A DNA stretch of 64,000 nucleotides from an uncultured candidatus Porisulfidus sp. (GCA_965116025.1 OZ220480.1:1216001-1280000), one strand, 5' to 3'; positions 1-11,692 are shown, numbered from the stretch's first letter. The notes: generated by a model not told the origin, from the letters alone. Made by a program: numbers and translations.

Positions 1-967
1 TCTCGTGAATCGTTTTTCCCGCTTTTTCGCGGTGGTCTGCATACTTCCGGAAAGCCTTGAACTCGTCTCGCGCTTTCGTTTCCTTGCTGTTGCGTAGAGT
101 TAGCCAGTAGTTCAAATATACGTCGATTCGTGGCCTCCGTTGAACGCCTCTCCCCACTTCTTCACTCCACCAGGAATCATTATCGAACGGCCACAGTTGC
201 GTTATCGAGGCATCGTTCTCATCCTCCTCCCGAAAACCCGCGTCGTTCAAAATCTTGTTTTTCACCATGTCGGATTCAAGAAGTGGCGTGCCGCGCGCGT
301 TGAGCGCTTCGAATATGGCATGCTGATCGTCAGTGGCATCAAGATCGATCACGACGAGCTCAAGATTCATGCGCACCGCATTTTCCAGAGCCGATGCGGC
401 TTTGGCACGAAATTCGTCATCTCCAGAATATTTATCTAGCCACAATTCCACCTGCTTTTTGAAGAATTCGTGGGCTTGCACGATGCGGGCCTTCGCATGC
501 GTAGCTGAAGGAAGGTCGTTTCTCATCGCATGTTGAAACGCCTCTCTGTCCGCGATTGTCGGCCATACCTTGAAAGCGATTTCCGGTTTTCCATCGCGAA
601 ACTCATCTCGGTTCATGACGAGCGCCGTGAGGCGCCTAGCGGGGTCGGTATGCTCTCGCTTCTCAAGAACTTCTTGAATCGCGTCGATCAGCAGTTGCAG
701 AGTGATCAATCTCTGCTGTCCATCCACTACGATACGGCGCTCTATGGTACCTGCGGGATATGGTTTTTGTTGCAGGACGACTGCGCCCATGAAGTGGGGC
801 TTTTCTTGGTCACCACCCAGAATATTCTGCGCGAGGTTTTCCACATCGTCCCATAGCGGTTCCCATTGTTGTTCTTGCTCCCACACATAACGCCGCTGGA
901 AAGCGGGGATTTCGTACTGAACCGGTTGCGCGAACAAATGCTGAGGCAACCGAAGGTTGGTTTGCAT
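1..967 (-). CDS. DUF262 (GmrSD-type restriction/defence) domain protein, 3' end runs off the window
   Basis: Manual minus-strand translation from ATG 967: MQTNLRLPQHLFAQPVQYEIPAFQRRYVWEQ..HFMGAVVL..VVDGQQRLITL..IFEALNARGTPLLESDMVKN. These are the QRxYxW, DGQQR and FExLNxRG motifs of DUF262. Not in the ORF track because no stop lies in the window; lower GC than neighbours. Confidence 0.88.
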   Translation of the reverse strand, partial: MQTNLRLPQHLFAQPVQYEIPAFQRRYVWEQEQQWEPLWDDVENLAQNILGGDQEKPHFMGAVVLQQKPYPAGTIERRIVVDGQQRLITLQLLIDAIQEVLEKREHTDPARRLTALVMNRDEFRDGKPEIAFKVWPTIADREAFQHAMRNDLPSATHAKARIVQAHEFFKKQVELWLDKYSGDDEFRAKAASALENAVRMNLELVVIDLDATDDQHAIFEALNARGTPLLESDMVKNKILNDAGFREEDENDASITQLWPFDNDSWWSEEVGRGVQRRPRIDVYLNYWLTLRNSKETKARDEFKAFRKYADHREKAGKTIHE

Positions 968-989
968 AGCACGGAGACTGCCGTCTAGG

Positions 990-1304
990 CTACCGGAATA
1001 GGTCGCGAAGCCTCTCGCGCAGTTTTTTTCCGGGCTTGAAATATGGGACGTACCGCGTTCCCAGCATGACCGGGCCGCCCGTGCGGGGGTTGTTCGCCAA
1101 GCGTGGCCGGCGGGCGCGAACGCCGAAACTGCCGAAGCCGCGCAATTCCACCCGGTCGTTCCGCGCCAAGCTTTCGGATATCTGGCGGAAAACCAGTTTG
1201 ACCGCCATCTCCACTTCGCGCGGGGTCAGATGCTTCTGTCGGGCCGCGACTCGCTCGATCAGCTGGCTACGGCTGATCTGGGTGGCGTTTTCTCGCTTGG
1301 GCAT
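990..1304 (-). CDS. ihfB: Integration host factor beta subunit
   Basis: RVELRGFGSF and YVPYFKPGKKLRER HU/IHF motifs; directly downstream of rpsA. Confidence 0.9.
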   Translation of the reverse strand: MPKRENATQISRSQLIERVAARQKHLTPREVEMAVKLVFRQISESLARNDRVELRGFGSFGVRARRPRLANNPRTGGPVMLGTRYVPYFKPGKKLRERLRDLFR

Positions 1305-1314
1305 GATCGCGCGA

Positions 1315-3000
1315 TCAGGATCCGGAATCTTTGCGACCGACCAGTTTGTCGCGCAGGATGCCGCCGAGCGACTTGCTGATCTTGGGGGTGGCTTCCTGAT
1401 ATTCCCTGACCGCCTGCTTCTCCTCCGCTTGGTCCTTGGCGCGGACCGAGAGGGTCAGATGGCGGCGCTTGCGGTCGAACGACAGGATCACGGCCTCCAG
1501 GGTCTCGCCGATTTTGACGTGGGCGCGGGCATCGTCAACTTGCTGGTCGGAAAGCTCGGAGGCCATGATCGAGCCTGCGATATGCTCGGTCACCTCCACG
1601 GTGACGGAACGCGGCTCGACTTCGGTGACCGTGCAGGAGACGGTATGTCCTCGAGGGTGTTCGCGCAGCCATTCCTGCACCGGATCCTCCTCCAGCTGCT
1701 TGACACCGAGCGAGACCCGCTCGCGGCCGACATCGATGGACAGCACCTTGGCCTCGACCTCGTTGCCTTTGCGGTAGTCGCGTATGGCCGTCTCGCCGGG
1801 TTTGGTCCAGGACAGGTCGGACAGGTGAATCAGGCCATCGATACCGCCATCCAGGCCGATGAATATCCCGAAGTCGGTGATCGACTTGACGGCTCCGGTC
1901 ACCCGGGAGCCTTTCTTGTACATGGCGGCGAAGGCCTCCCAAGGATTGGCGACGCACTGCTTCATGCCGAGCGAGATGCGGTGGCGCTCCATGTCGATCT
2001 CCAGCACCATCACGTCGACGGTCTCGCCGAGCGTCACCACCCGGGACGGATTGGCGTTGCGCGAGGCCCAGTCCATTTCCGAGGCGTGCACCAGGCCCTC
2101 AATGCCGTCCTCGACCTCCACGAAGCAACCGTAGTCGGTGATGCTGGTCACCGTGCCCGAGACCTTGCGGCCGGTCTCATAACGGTCCGCGATGTTCTCC
2201 CAAGGGTCTTCCGTCAGCTGCTTGATGCCGAGCGAGATCCGCCCGCTTTCCTGGTCGTAGCTCAGGATCTTCACGTCGATCTCTTGACCGACCTCCACCA
2301 CGTCGGACGGGTGCTTGATACGCTTCCACGCCATGTCGGTGATGTGCAGCAGTCCGTCGACGCCGCCGAGGTCCAGGAAAGCTCCGTATTCGGTCAGGTT
2401 CTTGACTGTGCCGCGCGCCACGCCGCTCTCGGTCAGTTTCTGCAGGATCGCGTCGCGCTCGGCGCTGTGCTCGGTCTTGAGCACCGCCCGGCGGGACACG
2501 ACGACGTTGTCGCGGCGCCGATCAATCTTGATGATCTTGAACTCCAGCTCGCGGTTCTCCAGATAGGCCGTGTCGCGCACGGGACGGATGTCGACCAGCG
2601 AGCCTGGCAGGAAGGCCCGGATCGAGTTGAGGCTGATGGTGAAGCCGCCCTTGATCTTGCTGACGATGGTGCCGGTGACGTTGGTGTTCTCCTCGTAGGC
2701 TTTCTCCAGCTCGTTCCAGATCCGGATGCGTTTGGCGCGCTCGCGCGACATGCGGGTCTCGCCGCTGCCGTCCTCGATCGCGTCCAGGGAGACCTCGACG
2801 GTGTCGCCGATCTTGATCTCCAGCTGTCCATCGGCGTCGGTGAATTGCTCGGCCGGTATGAAGCACTCGGACTTCAGTCCGGCGCTGACGACCACCGCGT
2901 CCGAGCGGATGTCCACCACGGTGCCGTCGATGATCGAGCCAGCCCGCATTTGCAGTTGGGAAATGTTCTCCTCAAGAAGTTCCGCGAAGGATTCGCTCAT
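1315..3000 (-). CDS. rpsA: 30S ribosomal protein S1
   Basis: [11 protein letters not shown] start, repeated S1 domains ([21 protein letters not shown]). Confidence 0.98.
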   Translation of the reverse strand: MSESFAELLEENISQLQMRAGSIIDGTVVDIRSDAVVVSAGLKSECFIPAEQFTDADGQLEIKIGDTVEVSLDAIEDGSGETRMSRERAKRIRIWNELEKAYEENTNVTGTIVSKIKGGFTISLNSIRAFLPGSLVDIRPVRDTAYLENRELEFKIIKIDRRRDNVVVSRRAVLKTEHSAERDAILQKLTESGVARGTVKNLTEYGAFLDLGGVDGLLHITDMAWKRIKHPSDVVEVGQEIDVKILSYDQESGRISLGIKQLTEDPWENIADRYETGRKVSGTVTSITDYGCFVEVEDGIEGLVHASEMDWASRNANPSRVVTLGETVDVMVLEIDMERHRISLGMKQCVANPWEAFAAMYKKGSRVTGAVKSITDFGIFIGLDGGIDGLIHLSDLSWTKPGETAIRDYRKGNEVEAKVLSIDVGRERVSLGVKQLEEDPVQEWLREHPRGHTVSCTVTEVEPRSVTVEVTEHIAGSIMASELSDQQVDDARAHVKIGETLEAVILSFDRKRRHLTLSVRAKDQAEEKQAVREYQEATPKISKSLGGILRDKLVGRKDSGS

Positions 3001-3698
3001 GTGTGGATGCCTTTGTTCGGTTGGGTTAATGTTCCGGGCAGGCAGGCCCGGGCCTTCGCGTGAACCTCCTGGATCGTGGACTCGCCGGTGTCGATCAGGA
3101 TGGCGTCGGGAGCCTGAACCAGAGGCGACGCGCCCCGTCGCGCGTCCTGGATGTCGCGCTGGCTCAGCTCCTTTATCAGCGCGCCGATTTTAGCATTGAT
3201 CCCCATTTCCTCCAATTGCCGCCTGCGCCGCCGCGCCCGGATCTCCAGCGCGGCGGTCAGGTGGAACTTCGGGCGCGCGTCCGGGAACACCGCGCTACCC
3301 ATGTCCCGGCCGTCGGCCACCAGCCCGGGCGGGCGTCGCGCCGCGCGCTGGCGCTCCAGAAGGGCCTCGCGCACTTGCGGGTGCGAGGCGGCTCGCGATG
3401 CGGCGCGACCGACTTCCGGCTCCCGGACGCGGGACGTGACATCGACCCCGTCGAGCAGGAGGCGGATCGACTCCGGGCTGGTCCGGGTCTCGATTCGCGC
3501 CGCGCGGGCGACCGCGCCACAGGCGGCGGCATCGTCCAGATCCGCGTCGCGCTCCAGGATGGCCAGCCCGACGGCGCGGTATAGAGCTCCAGAATCCAAA
3601 TAATGCCAGCCCAGCTCGGCCGCGAGGTTGCGGGCCAGCGTGCCCTTGCCGGAGCCGGCGGTTCCGTCGACCGCGATGACGGGGACGGATTCAGGCAT
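2997..3698 (-). CDS. cmk: Cytidylate kinase
   Basis: [14 protein letters not shown]-loop, [19 protein letters not shown]. Confidence 0.96.
   Translation of the reverse strand: MPESVPVIAVDGTAGSGKGTLARNLAAELGWHYLDSGALYRAVGLAILERDADLDDAAACGAVARAARIETRTSPESIRLLLDGVDVTSRVREPEVGRAASRAASHPQVREALLERQRAARRPPGLVADGRDMGSAVFPDARPKFHLTAALEIRARRRRRQLEEMGINAKIGALIKELSQRDIQDARRGASPLVQAPDAILIDTGESTIQEVHAKARACLPGTLTQPNKGIHT
3187..3215 (-). promoter_or_regulatory. Putative sigma70 promoter for rpsA inside cmk
   Basis: Minus strand TTGGAG-17 nt-TAAAAT with extended TGn, in an AT-rich patch within GC-rich cmk. Confidence 0.55.
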
Positions 3699-4989
3699 CG
3701 CGCAGGCGCATTCCGGCCTGGCGGGCGAGGTCCGGAAATCCGGGGAAGGACGTCGCGACCCACTGGGCGTCGCGGACGCGGACCGGCCCGGACGCCGCCA
3801 GCGAGGCGATCGCGAAAGCCATGGCGACGCGGTGATCCCGGTGGCTCTGGACGGCGCCGCCGCTCAGGGCGCCTCCGGAGATCCGGACGAAATCCTCGCC
3901 CGTCTCCACCGTCGCGCCCAGCGTGGCCAGTCCTTCCGCCATGGCGGCGACCCGGTCGCTCTCCTTGACCCGCAGTTCCCCGATTCCGGTGAACGTGGTG
4001 GTCCCGCGCGCGCAGGCGGCGGCGACGCACAGAATCGGAAACTCGTCGATCGCGTTGGCGATCAGCTCGGGGCCGACGTCAATGCCGGCCAGCGCGCCGC
4101 CGCGCGCGTGGATGTCGGCGACCGGCTCCCGACCGACCGAGTCGCGGGGGGAAAGGCGCAGGGCGGCGCCCATTCGCTCGAGAACTCTCAGGACCCCGTC
4201 GCGCCGCGGGTTGACGCCGACCCCGCGCAGGCGCAGCTCGCGTCCCGGCGCGATCAGCGCGCCGACGAGAAAGAAGGCGGCGGCCGACAGGTCGCGCGGG
4301 ATGACGATGTCGGCTCCGCGCGGGGCCTGCCCTCCCTGGACGCGGACGCGGGCTCCGTCCACCTCGCAATCCACGCCGAACAGCGGAAGCATGCGCTCGG
4401 TATGGTCTCTCGACGGCGTCGCCTCCGTCAGGCAAGTGGATCCTTGGGCTTGGAGCCCGGCGAGCAGCAAGGCGGACTTGACCTGCGCGCTCGCGACGGG
4501 GGTCTCGAGCGTGACTCCCCGCAAAGGGCCGCCGTCGATCCGGACCGGGGGGCGGCCATGATCGGTCTGGACGCGCGCGCCCATTTTCCGCAGAGGCGCG
4601 GCGACTCGCTCCATGGGTCTTCGCGACAGCGAGGCGTCTCCGGTAAGCGTGGAGGAGAACGGCCGCGCGGCCAGCAGGCCGCACAGCAACCGCATGGACG
4701 TGCCGGAGTTCCCGAGGTCCAAGGGGCCCTTGGGTGGTTTCACGCCTTCGGCGCCTTGGCCTTGGACGGTCCAGTTTCCTGGGGACGTTTGGTGGAGGTC
4801 CACGCCCAGTTGGGCGAGGGCTCGCGCGGTCGCCTGGCAGTCCTCGCTGTCGAGCGCGCCGCGCAAGCGGCTCTCGCCCTTGGCCAAGGCGGAGATCAGG
4901 AGGGCGCGGTGGCTGATGGACTTGTCGCCAGGCAACGCGAGGTCTCCGTGGACCTGGCCTCCTGGTTCCAGCAGCCAGTCGTCACTCAC
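3691..4989 (-). CDS. aroA: EPSP synthase
   Basis: PGDKSISHRA, LGNSGTSMRL, ASAQVKSA, ELRVKESDR, DHRVAMAF; GTG start at 4989 inferred. Confidence 0.96.
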   Translation of the reverse strand: MSDDWLLEPGGQVHGDLALPGDKSISHRALLISALAKGESRLRGALDSEDCQATARALAQLGVDLHQTSPGNWTVQGQGAEGVKPPKGPLDLGNSGTSMRLLCGLLAARPFSSTLTGDASLSRRPMERVAAPLRKMGARVQTDHGRPPVRIDGGPLRGVTLETPVASAQVKSALLLAGLQAQGSTCLTEATPSRDHTERMLPLFGVDCEVDGARVRVQGGQAPRGADIVIPRDLSAAAFFLVGALIAPGRELRLRGVGVNPRRDGVLRVLERMGAALRLSPRDSVGREPVADIHARGGALAGIDVGPELIANAIDEFPILCVAAACARGTTTFTGIGELRVKESDRVAAMAEGLATLGATVETGEDFVRISGGALSGGAVQSHRDHRVAMAFAIASLAASGPVRVRDAQWVATSFPGFPDLARQAGMRLRDA

Positions 4990-5851
4990 GCTCGTTCGGG
5001 CGCAGGGCGTCCCGGGTGCGCTTCGCGGCCGCGAACGCGTCGCGCAACGCGTCGGAGCGGTCATCGCGCAGCGCCGCGGCCAGCTCGCCGACGCGCTTCT
5101 CGAACCGTTCCAGGATGGGCGTCAGGTGCGCGCGGTTGGAGCGGCAGATGTCCAGCCAAAGATCGGGGTTGCTGGAGGCGATCCGGGTGAAGTCGAGCAG
5201 GCCGCCCGCGGCGTAGCGCTTCAGATCCTCGGCTGGCAGTCGCGCGCCCAAAACGTCCATCAGGGCGTACGCCAGCATATGCGGCAGGTGGCTGATGCCG
5301 GCGAACAGCGCGTCGTGCGCGTCCGCGCTCATGCGTTCGACGCGCGCGTCCAGTCGCTCCCACATCCAGCGAATTCTCTCGACCTTCTCGGGGTCGGCGT
5401 TGCCGGCCGGCGTCAGGACCACGCGCCGGCCCCGAAACAGGTCGCCGCGCGCGAGCCGCGCTCCGCTCTTCTCCGTGCCGGCGATCGGGTGGCCGGGCAC
5501 GAACCAGGGGGGAACCTCTCCGCGGGCCCGCTCCAGAGCGCGCAGCGGCGGTCGCTTGACGCTGCCGACGTCGGTGACCGTCTGGCGCCCGGAGACGCGC
5601 GGCGCCAAACGGCGGCAAAGGTCGGCGATGGCGGCGGGCGGCGTGGCCAGCACGATCAGCTCGGCCTTCTCGGCCGCGGCTTCGGGCGTGGAGTGCGCGA
5701 CGTCGATCAGGTCGAGCTCGCGCGCCAGCTCCAGCGCCGCCGGATCGGAATCGTGGCCATGAATGACGCGCGCGGCGCCAGCGGCGCGCAGGCCGGCCGC
5801 CATGGAGCCGCCGATGTGCCCGATCCCGATGAACGCGAGGGACGCGCTCAC
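4982..5851 (-). CDS. tyrA: Prephenate/cyclohexadienyl dehydrogenase
   Basis: GIGHIGGS Rossmann motif, TDVGSVK, GHPIAGTEKSG, SHLPH, DFTRIASS; GTG start inferred. Confidence 0.92.
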   Translation of the reverse strand: MSASLAFIGIGHIGGSMAAGLRAAGAARVIHGHDSDPAALELARELDLIDVAHSTPEAAAEKAELIVLATPPAAIADLCRRLAPRVSGRQTVTDVGSVKRPPLRALERARGEVPPWFVPGHPIAGTEKSGARLARGDLFRGRRVVLTPAGNADPEKVERIRWMWERLDARVERMSADAHDALFAGISHLPHMLAYALMDVLGARLPAEDLKRYAAGGLLDFTRIASSNPDLWLDICRSNRAHLTPILERFEKRVGELAAALRDDRSDALRDAFAAAKRTRDALRPNERE

Positions 5852-6969
5852 GATTCCCGCCACGCGCGCAACGCGTCGATCAGGGCGCAGGTCTCCGCGG
5901 GGGTTCCGATAGTGAAGCGCAACCAGTTCGGGAGCTCGTACTCCGGCAGCGCGCGCGCCAGGATCCCGCGTTCTCTCAAATGGGCCGCGACCGCCGCGGC
6001 CTGGTCTTCGAAGTCCAGGGTCAGGAAGTTGGCGCGCGCGCCCAGCGCGCGCAGGCCCAGCGCGCGGGCCGCCTCGCGCAACCGCCGCATGCCTTGGGCG
6101 TTGACGGCTCGGCTGCGCGCCACGTGCTCCTCGTCCCCGACGGCGGCCAGCGCCGCGCGTTGGGCCAGGACGTTGACGTTGAACGGCTGGCGCGCCCGGT
6201 TGAGCATCGCGACGACCTCCGGGTGGGCCAGGGCGTAGCCGATCCGCAGTCCGGCCAGCCCGAAGATCTTGGAGAACGTTCGGGTCACGATCACCTGCGG
6301 GTATTCCAGAAAACGTCCGGCCGCGGGAATCGGGTCGCGGTATTCGGCGTACGCCTCGTCCAGCACCACCACGATCCGTGGCGGCAGAGCCTCGATCAGC
6401 GCCCGAATCTCGTCGTCCGCGAGCGTGGTTCCGGTCGGGTTGTTCGGGTTGGCGAGGAAGACCACGGCGGTGGTCTCGTCCACGAGTTCGAGCAGGGTGT
6501 CGGGGTCGTGCCCCAGCGGACGCTCGTACTCGATCGGATGGGGCGCCGCCACCCGCGTCGCGGCGCCGGCCGCGCGCGCGATCAGCGGGTAGACCACGAA
6601 GGCGTGCCGCGCGAACGCGGCGCTGCGGCCCTCCTCCAGATAGACGCGCGCGACCAGGTCCAGCAAGTCGGAGGAGCCGTTGCCGAGGAGCAGGTGGTCG
6701 ACGGAGCAGTCGTGGCGCGCGCCGAGCGCCTCGCGCAGCGCGTGTCCGTCGTTGTCCGGGTAGCGGGATAGGTCGGGCGGCTCGGCCAGCGCGGCCAGCG
6801 CCCGCGGGGACGGGCCGAGCGGGTTCTCGTTGGAGGCCAGCCGGCAGACTCTCTCGCCCGCGACGCTCGGCCGCGCGCCCGGCGCGTAGGGGGCCAGCTC
6901 TCGCACGCAGGGGCGGGCGGCCGCGGTGATCTGCCGCAATGCCGCGGAGGCGGGAGCGGGGCGGGTCAT
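5848..6969 (-). CDS. hisC: Histidinol-phosphate/aromatic aminotransferase
   Basis: LASNENPLG, ANPNNPTG, DEAYAEY, RTFSKIFGLAGLRIGY. Confidence 0.93.
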   Translation of the reverse strand: MTRPAPASAALRQITAAARPCVRELAPYAPGARPSVAGERVCRLASNENPLGPSPRALAALAEPPDLSRYPDNDGHALREALGARHDCSVDHLLLGNGSSDLLDLVARVYLEEGRSAAFARHAFVVYPLIARAAGAATRVAAPHPIEYERPLGHDPDTLLELVDETTAVVFLANPNNPTGTTLADDEIRALIEALPPRIVVVLDEAYAEYRDPIPAAGRFLEYPQVIVTRTFSKIFGLAGLRIGYALAHPEVVAMLNRARQPFNVNVLAQRAALAAVGDEEHVARSRAVNAQGMRRLREAARALGLRALGARANFLTLDFEDQAAAVAAHLRERGILARALPEYELPNWLRFTIGTPAETCALIDALRAWRES

Positions 6970-6973
6970 GCGG

Positions 6974-8047
6974 TCAGCCCGACGCGCGGGGGTAGGAGCC
7001 CAGGATCTTGCAGAACGCGGCGGCCTCGTCGAGACGCTCCAAGGCCCGCGCCACCTCGGGATCTCGCCGGTGGCCACGGATGTCCAGAAAGAACACGTAC
7101 TCCCAGTTTCGGGTCCGCGTGGGGCGCGACTCGATTCGGGTGAGATCGATGCTGGATTCGGCCAGCGGGCGCAACAGCTCGAGCAACGCGCCGGGCCGGT
7201 TGCGCGCCGACGCCAGCACGCTGGTCTTGTCCTCGCCGGACGGCTCCGGGTCGCGTGCGCCGAGCACCAGAAACCGGGTTCGGTTGTTCGGGTGATCCTC
7301 GATGTTGGAGGCCAGGACGCGCAGCCCGTACCGCTCCGCGGCGGCGCGCGGGGCGATGGCCGCGGATTCGGGATGGCGCGCGGCGTGGCGGGCGGCCGCG
7401 GCGTTGCTCGCGGCGCTGACGCGATCCAGGTCCGGCAACTCCCGGTCCAGCCATCGTCGGCACTGGGCCAGGGCTTGCGGGTGCGCGCGCACGGCGCGCA
7501 GGGCCGCGCGGTCCGCGCCGTGGGCCAGTAGATGGTGGTGGACCGCTAGCTCGACCTCGCCGCAAATCTTGAGCGGCGACTCGATGAGCAGGTCCAGCGC
7601 GCGGGCGACCACGCCGTCGCTGGAGTTCTCGACCGGCACCACGCCATGCTCGGAGCGTCCGCTTTCCACGTCCCGGAACACCCCGGCGATGTCGTCGCGC
7701 GGCGCGACCCGCGCGGCGTGGCCGAAGTGGCGCAGGGCGGCCTGGTGGGTGAACGTCCCCTCCGGCCCGAGGTAGGCGACGCGGGTTGGGCGCTCCAGCG
7801 CCAGGCAGGCCGACATGATCTCGCGGAACAGGCGCGCCATTCCGTCATCCGACAGGGGTCCGGGGTTGGCCGCGCGGATTCGGCGCAGCACTTGGGCCTC
7901 GCGCGCCGGGTCGTAGAACGGGCCGTTGGTCTCTTTGGCGCGCGCGGTCTCCAGCGCCAGCGCGGCGCGGCGGCTGATCCGCTCCATGATCTCGTCGTCC
8001 AGCGCGTCGATACGCCGTCGAGTCGATTCCAGATCGAGCTTCCTCAT
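6974..8047 (-). CDS. pheA: Chorismate mutase/prephenate dehydratase
   Basis: RRRIDALD, FREIMSACLALE, AYLGPEGTFT, PVENS, NRTRFLVL, IESRP. Confidence 0.95.
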   Translation of the reverse strand: MRKLDLESTRRRIDALDDEIMERISRRAALALETARAKETNGPFYDPAREAQVLRRIRAANPGPLSDDGMARLFREIMSACLALERPTRVAYLGPEGTFTHQAALRHFGHAARVAPRDDIAGVFRDVESGRSEHGVVPVENSSDGVVARALDLLIESPLKICGEVELAVHHHLLAHGADRAALRAVRAHPQALAQCRRWLDRELPDLDRVSAASNAAAARHAARHPESAAIAPRAAAERYGLRVLASNIEDHPNNRTRFLVLGARDPEPSGEDKTSVLASARNRPGALLELLRPLAESSIDLTRIESRPTRTRNWEYVFFLDIRGHRRDPEVARALERLDEAAAFCKILGSYPRASG

Positions 8048-9120
8048 GTCCCGCGCTCGAACTCCCGCATGAACTCGACCAAGGCTTCCGCCCCCGCTAT
8101 CGGCATCGCATTGTACAGGCTCGCGCGCACGCCGCCGGTCGCCTCGTGCCCGCGCAGGCCGAGCAGGCCGGCGGCCTCGGCCTCTCGCAGGAATCGGGAC
8201 TCGAGCCTCTCCTCCGTCAGGCGGAAGCAGACGTTCATGCGCGAGCGCGCTCGTTGGGCGACGCGATTCACGTACAACGCGCTCGCGTCGACGCACTCAT
8301 ACACGAGGCGCGCCCGCGCCCGCGCTCGCCGGGCCATCTCCTCCAGCCCTCCCCGCTCCCGGATCCAGCGCAGCATCAGCGCGCTGACGTACCAGGGATA
8401 GATGGGCGGCGTATGGTAGAGGCAGCCAGCGCGGAGCTGGGCCACGTACGATAGCCCCGGGCCCAGCCCGGTCTCCTCGCGGAGCAGGTCGCGCCGAACG
8501 ACCAGGGCGGTGAGGCCGGCCGTGCCGAAGTTCTTCTGGCTGCCGGCGTAGCACAGCGCGTACGGACGGATGTCGAACGGCTCGCTCAGAAAATCCGACG
8601 TGCGGTCGCAGACCAGCGGGCAGCGCGCGCGGGGAGGCGGCGTCGACAGGCCGGTCAGCGTCTCGTTGGAGACGTAGTGCAGCGCGGCCAGACCCTCCGT
8701 GTCGGCCTCCTTGACGTCGGGGTGGTCGGTCGGGTCCGGGGAGGTCGGCAGGACGCGGACGTCGCGGATATTTCGCGCCTCCTTGATGGCTTGGCGCGAC
8801 CAGAAGCCGGTGTCGAGCAGGCCGATCCGGTCGCCCGGGGCGGTCAGATTCCGTGGCCATAGGGAATAATGCGTTCGGGCGCCGCCGTTCAGGAACAGCG
8901 TGGCGTACTCGTCCGGGAGCGCGAGCAGCGCGCGAAGGTCGGCCTCCGATCGTTCCGCGATGGCGCCGAATTCCGCGCCGCGGTGGCCCAGTTCCAGGAT
9001 GGAGCGTCCGCGCGGAGGAAAGGAGCGGACCGCGGCGGCCGCCTCGGCGACGACTTCCGGTGGCAGCTGGGCGGGCCCGGGCGCGTAGTTGTAACGCGCC
9101 GGGGCGGCCTCAGTGGACAA
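8044..9120 (-). CDS. serC: Phosphoserine aminotransferase
   Basis: [39 protein letters not shown]. Confidence 0.93.
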   Translation of the reverse strand: MSTEAAPARYNYAPGPAQLPPEVVAEAAAAVRSFPPRGRSILELGHRGAEFGAIAERSEADLRALLALPDEYATLFLNGGARTHYSLWPRNLTAPGDRIGLLDTGFWSRQAIKEARNIRDVRVLPTSPDPTDHPDVKEADTEGLAALHYVSNETLTGLSTPPPRARCPLVCDRTSDFLSEPFDIRPYALCYAGSQKNFGTAGLTALVVRRDLLREETGLGPGLSYVAQLRAGCLYHTPPIYPWYVSALMLRWIRERGGLEEMARRARARARLVYECVDASALYVNRVAQRARSRMNVCFRLTEERLESRFLREAEAAGLLGLRGHEATGGVRASLYNAMPIAGAEALVEFMREFERGT

Positions 9121-11692
9121 CCGGCTCGTCCTCCTCGTCCCCGTCGTCCAGTGGCTCGACGCAGACGACCCGAGTCAGCGATTCGTCCGCGCGCGGCTCG
9201 ATGAGCCGGACTCCTTGGGTGCGGCGTCCGATCACCGAGATCTCGTCGATGCGGGTGCGCACCAGCGTGCCGCCGTCGGTGATCAGCAGGACCTCTCGGT
9301 CGGGCTCCACCTCCACGGCCGCGATCACCCGCCCGTTGCGCTCGGAGGAGCGGATGGCGATCACGCCCTTGCCGCCCCGGCCCTTGCGCGGGAATTCGCC
9401 CAGCGCGGTGCGCTTGCCGTAGCCGTTTTGGGTGGCGATCAGCAGCTGCCGCTCGTCTCGCGCCTCGGGATCGAGGACCGCCAGGCCGATCACGGCCGCG
9501 CCGGGTTCCAGGCGGATGCCGCGCACGCCGATCGACTCGCGGCCCGTGGGCCGCACCGCGCTCTCGGAGAAGCGCGCCGCTTTCCCGTTGTCGCTGACCA
9601 GCAGGATGTCGCGGTCGCCATCGGACAGGGCGGCGCCGACCAGCCGGTCGTCGCCGCGCAGGCGCGCGGCGATGATGCCGCAGCGCAGGGGGCGAGAAAA
9701 CGCGGACAGCCGGACTTTCTTGACGATGCCGTCGCGGGTGGCCAGGACCACGTGGCGGTCGTCGCGGAACTCGCGCACCGGCATGATCACGCTGACCTTC
9801 TCGTCCGGCCGCAAGGGGAGCAGGTTGACGATCGGCCGCCCGCGCGCGGAGCGCGAGCCTTGCGGGAACTGGTAGACCTTGAGCCAGTAGACCCGGCCGA
9901 GGCTGGTGAAGCACAGGACCGTGTCGTGGCTGCTGGCGACGAACATCTGCTCGATGAAGTCCTCCTCCTTGGTCGACGCGGCGGCCTTCCCGCGTCCGCC
10001 ACGGCGCTGCGCCCGGTACGCGCCCGGCGACTGCGACTTCGCGTAGCCCTGCCCCGAGAGGGTGACCACCCGATCCTCCACCGGGATGAGGTCCTCGTCC
10101 TCGATGTCGTAGTCGATGTTCTCGATCTCGGTGCGCCGCGGGTCCGCGTACCGCTCGCCGATGGCGACCAGCTCGTCGCGAATCACCCGCATCAGCCGAT
10201 CCGGATCGGACAGGACGCCGAACAGCTCGGCGATGAGGTCGAGGACTTCCTGGTAGTCGGCGCGGATCTTCTCTTGCTCCAGGCCGGTGAGCCGATGCAG
10301 CCGCAACTCCAGGATGGCCTGCGCCTGGGCTTCGGACAGGCGGTAGCCGTCCTCCGCGAGCCCGCACTCTTTCGGCAATCCTTCGGGACGGGAGGCCGCG
10401 GCTCCTTGCCGTTCCAGCAGTCGCGCCACGCTTCCGGGCGGCCACGCTCGCCCCATCAGCCCGGCCCGGGCGGTGGCGGCGTCCGGCGAGGCCTTGATCA
10501 GCGCGATGACCTCGTCGATGTTAGCCAGCGCGACGGCGAATCCCTCCAGGCGATGCGCGCGCGCGCGCGCCTCGCGCAAGTCGAACAAGGTGCGGCGGGT
10601 CACGACCTCGCGGCGGTGGCGCAGGAACGCCTCCAGCACGTCGCGGAGCGTGACGATCTCCGGCTGCCCGTCGATCAGGGCCACCATGTTCACGCCGAAC
10701 GACAGGCGCATCCGCGTATGCTGGTACAGGTTGTTGAGGACGACCTCGGCGACCGCGCCCTTGCGCAGCTCGATCACGACGCGCATCCCGTCCTTGTCCG
10801 ATTCGTCGCGCAGGGTGCGGACGCCCTCAAGGCGCTTGTCGCGCACCAGCGTCGCGATGTGCTCGATCAGCCGGGCCTTGTTGACCTGGTAGGGCAGCTC
10901 GGTGACGATGATTCGCTCGCCTCCCTTCGCGTCCTCCTCGATTTCGGCGCGGGCGCGGATCATGATCCGGCCCCGTCCGGTGGCGTAGGCGGCGCGGACG
11001 CCGCCACGGCTGATCAGCCCCGCGGTCGGGAAGTCCGGCCCTGGAAGAGCCTCCATCAGGCCGTCCAGGTCGATCTCGGGGTCGTCGATCAGCGCGACGC
11101 AGGCGCGCATCGTCTCGCCAAGGTTGTGCGGGGGGATATTGGTCGCCATGCCGACCGCGATCCCGGCCGCGCCGTTGACCAGCAAGTTCGGGACGCGGGT
11201 CGGCAGCACGACGGGCTCGCGCTCGTTGCCGTCGTAGTTGGGCTGGAAGTCCACCGTCTCCCGGTCGAGATCGGAGAGCACCTCGTGCGCGATGCGCGCC
11301 AGGCGCACCTCGGTGTAGCGCATCGCCGCCGGAGAGTCCCCGTCCACGGACCCGAAGTTGCCTTGGCCGTCGACCAGCATGTGCCGCATCGAGAACGGCT
11401 GCGCCATGCGCACCATGGTGTCGTACGCCGCGCTGTCGCCGTGCGGATGATACTTGCCGATCACGTCGCCGACCACGCGCGCCGACTTCTTGTACGGCTT
11501 GTCCCAGTGGTTCTTGAGCTCGTTCATGGCGTACAGCACCCGGCGATGCACCGGCTTGAGGCCGTCGCGGACGTCGGGAAGGGCGCGGCCCACGATCACG
11601 CTCATCGCGTAGTCGAGATACGACTGGCGCATCTCGTCCTCGATCGTGACGGGCAGAATCTCGGAGGATCGGGAAAGGTCTGGGTCGCTCAT
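9110..11692 (-). CDS. gyrA: DNA gyrase subunit A
   Basis: [41 protein letters not shown], GyrA box QRRGGRG. Confidence 0.98.
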   Translation of the reverse strand: MSDPDLSRSSEILPVTIEDEMRQSYLDYAMSVIVGRALPDVRDGLKPVHRRVLYAMNELKNHWDKPYKKSARVVGDVIGKYHPHGDSAAYDTMVRMAQPFSMRHMLVDGQGNFGSVDGDSPAAMRYTEVRLARIAHEVLSDLDRETVDFQPNYDGNEREPVVLPTRVPNLLVNGAAGIAVGMATNIPPHNLGETMRACVALIDDPEIDLDGLMEALPGPDFPTAGLISRGGVRAAYATGRGRIMIRARAEIEEDAKGGERIIVTELPYQVNKARLIEHIATLVRDKRLEGVRTLRDESDKDGMRVVIELRKGAVAEVVLNNLYQHTRMRLSFGVNMVALIDGQPEIVTLRDVLEAFLRHRREVVTRRTLFDLREARARAHRLEGFAVALANIDEVIALIKASPDAATARAGLMGRAWPPGSVARLLERQGAAASRPEGLPKECGLAEDGYRLSEAQAQAILELRLHRLTGLEQEKIRADYQEVLDLIAELFGVLSDPDRLMRVIRDELVAIGERYADPRRTEIENIDYDIEDEDLIPVEDRVVTLSGQGYAKSQSPGAYRAQRRGGRGKAAASTKEEDFIEQMFVASSHDTVLCFTSLGRVYWLKVYQFPQGSRSARGRPIVNLLPLRPDEKVSVIMPVREFRDDRHVVLATRDGIVKKVRLSAFSRPLRCGIIAARLRGDDRLVGAALSDGDRDILLVSDNGKAARFSESAVRPTGRESIGVRGIRLEPGAAVIGLAVLDPEARDERQLLIATQNGYGKRTALGEFPRKGRGGKGVIAIRSSERNGRVIAAVEVEPDREVLLITDGGTLVRTRIDEISVIGRRTQGVRLIEPRADESLTRVVCVEPLDDGDEEDEPVVH

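Noticed and set aside
140-972. ORF-track calls 140..439, 333..536, 530..856, 702..890 and 742..972
   Set aside because: Alternative frames of the DUF262 gene on the minus strand.
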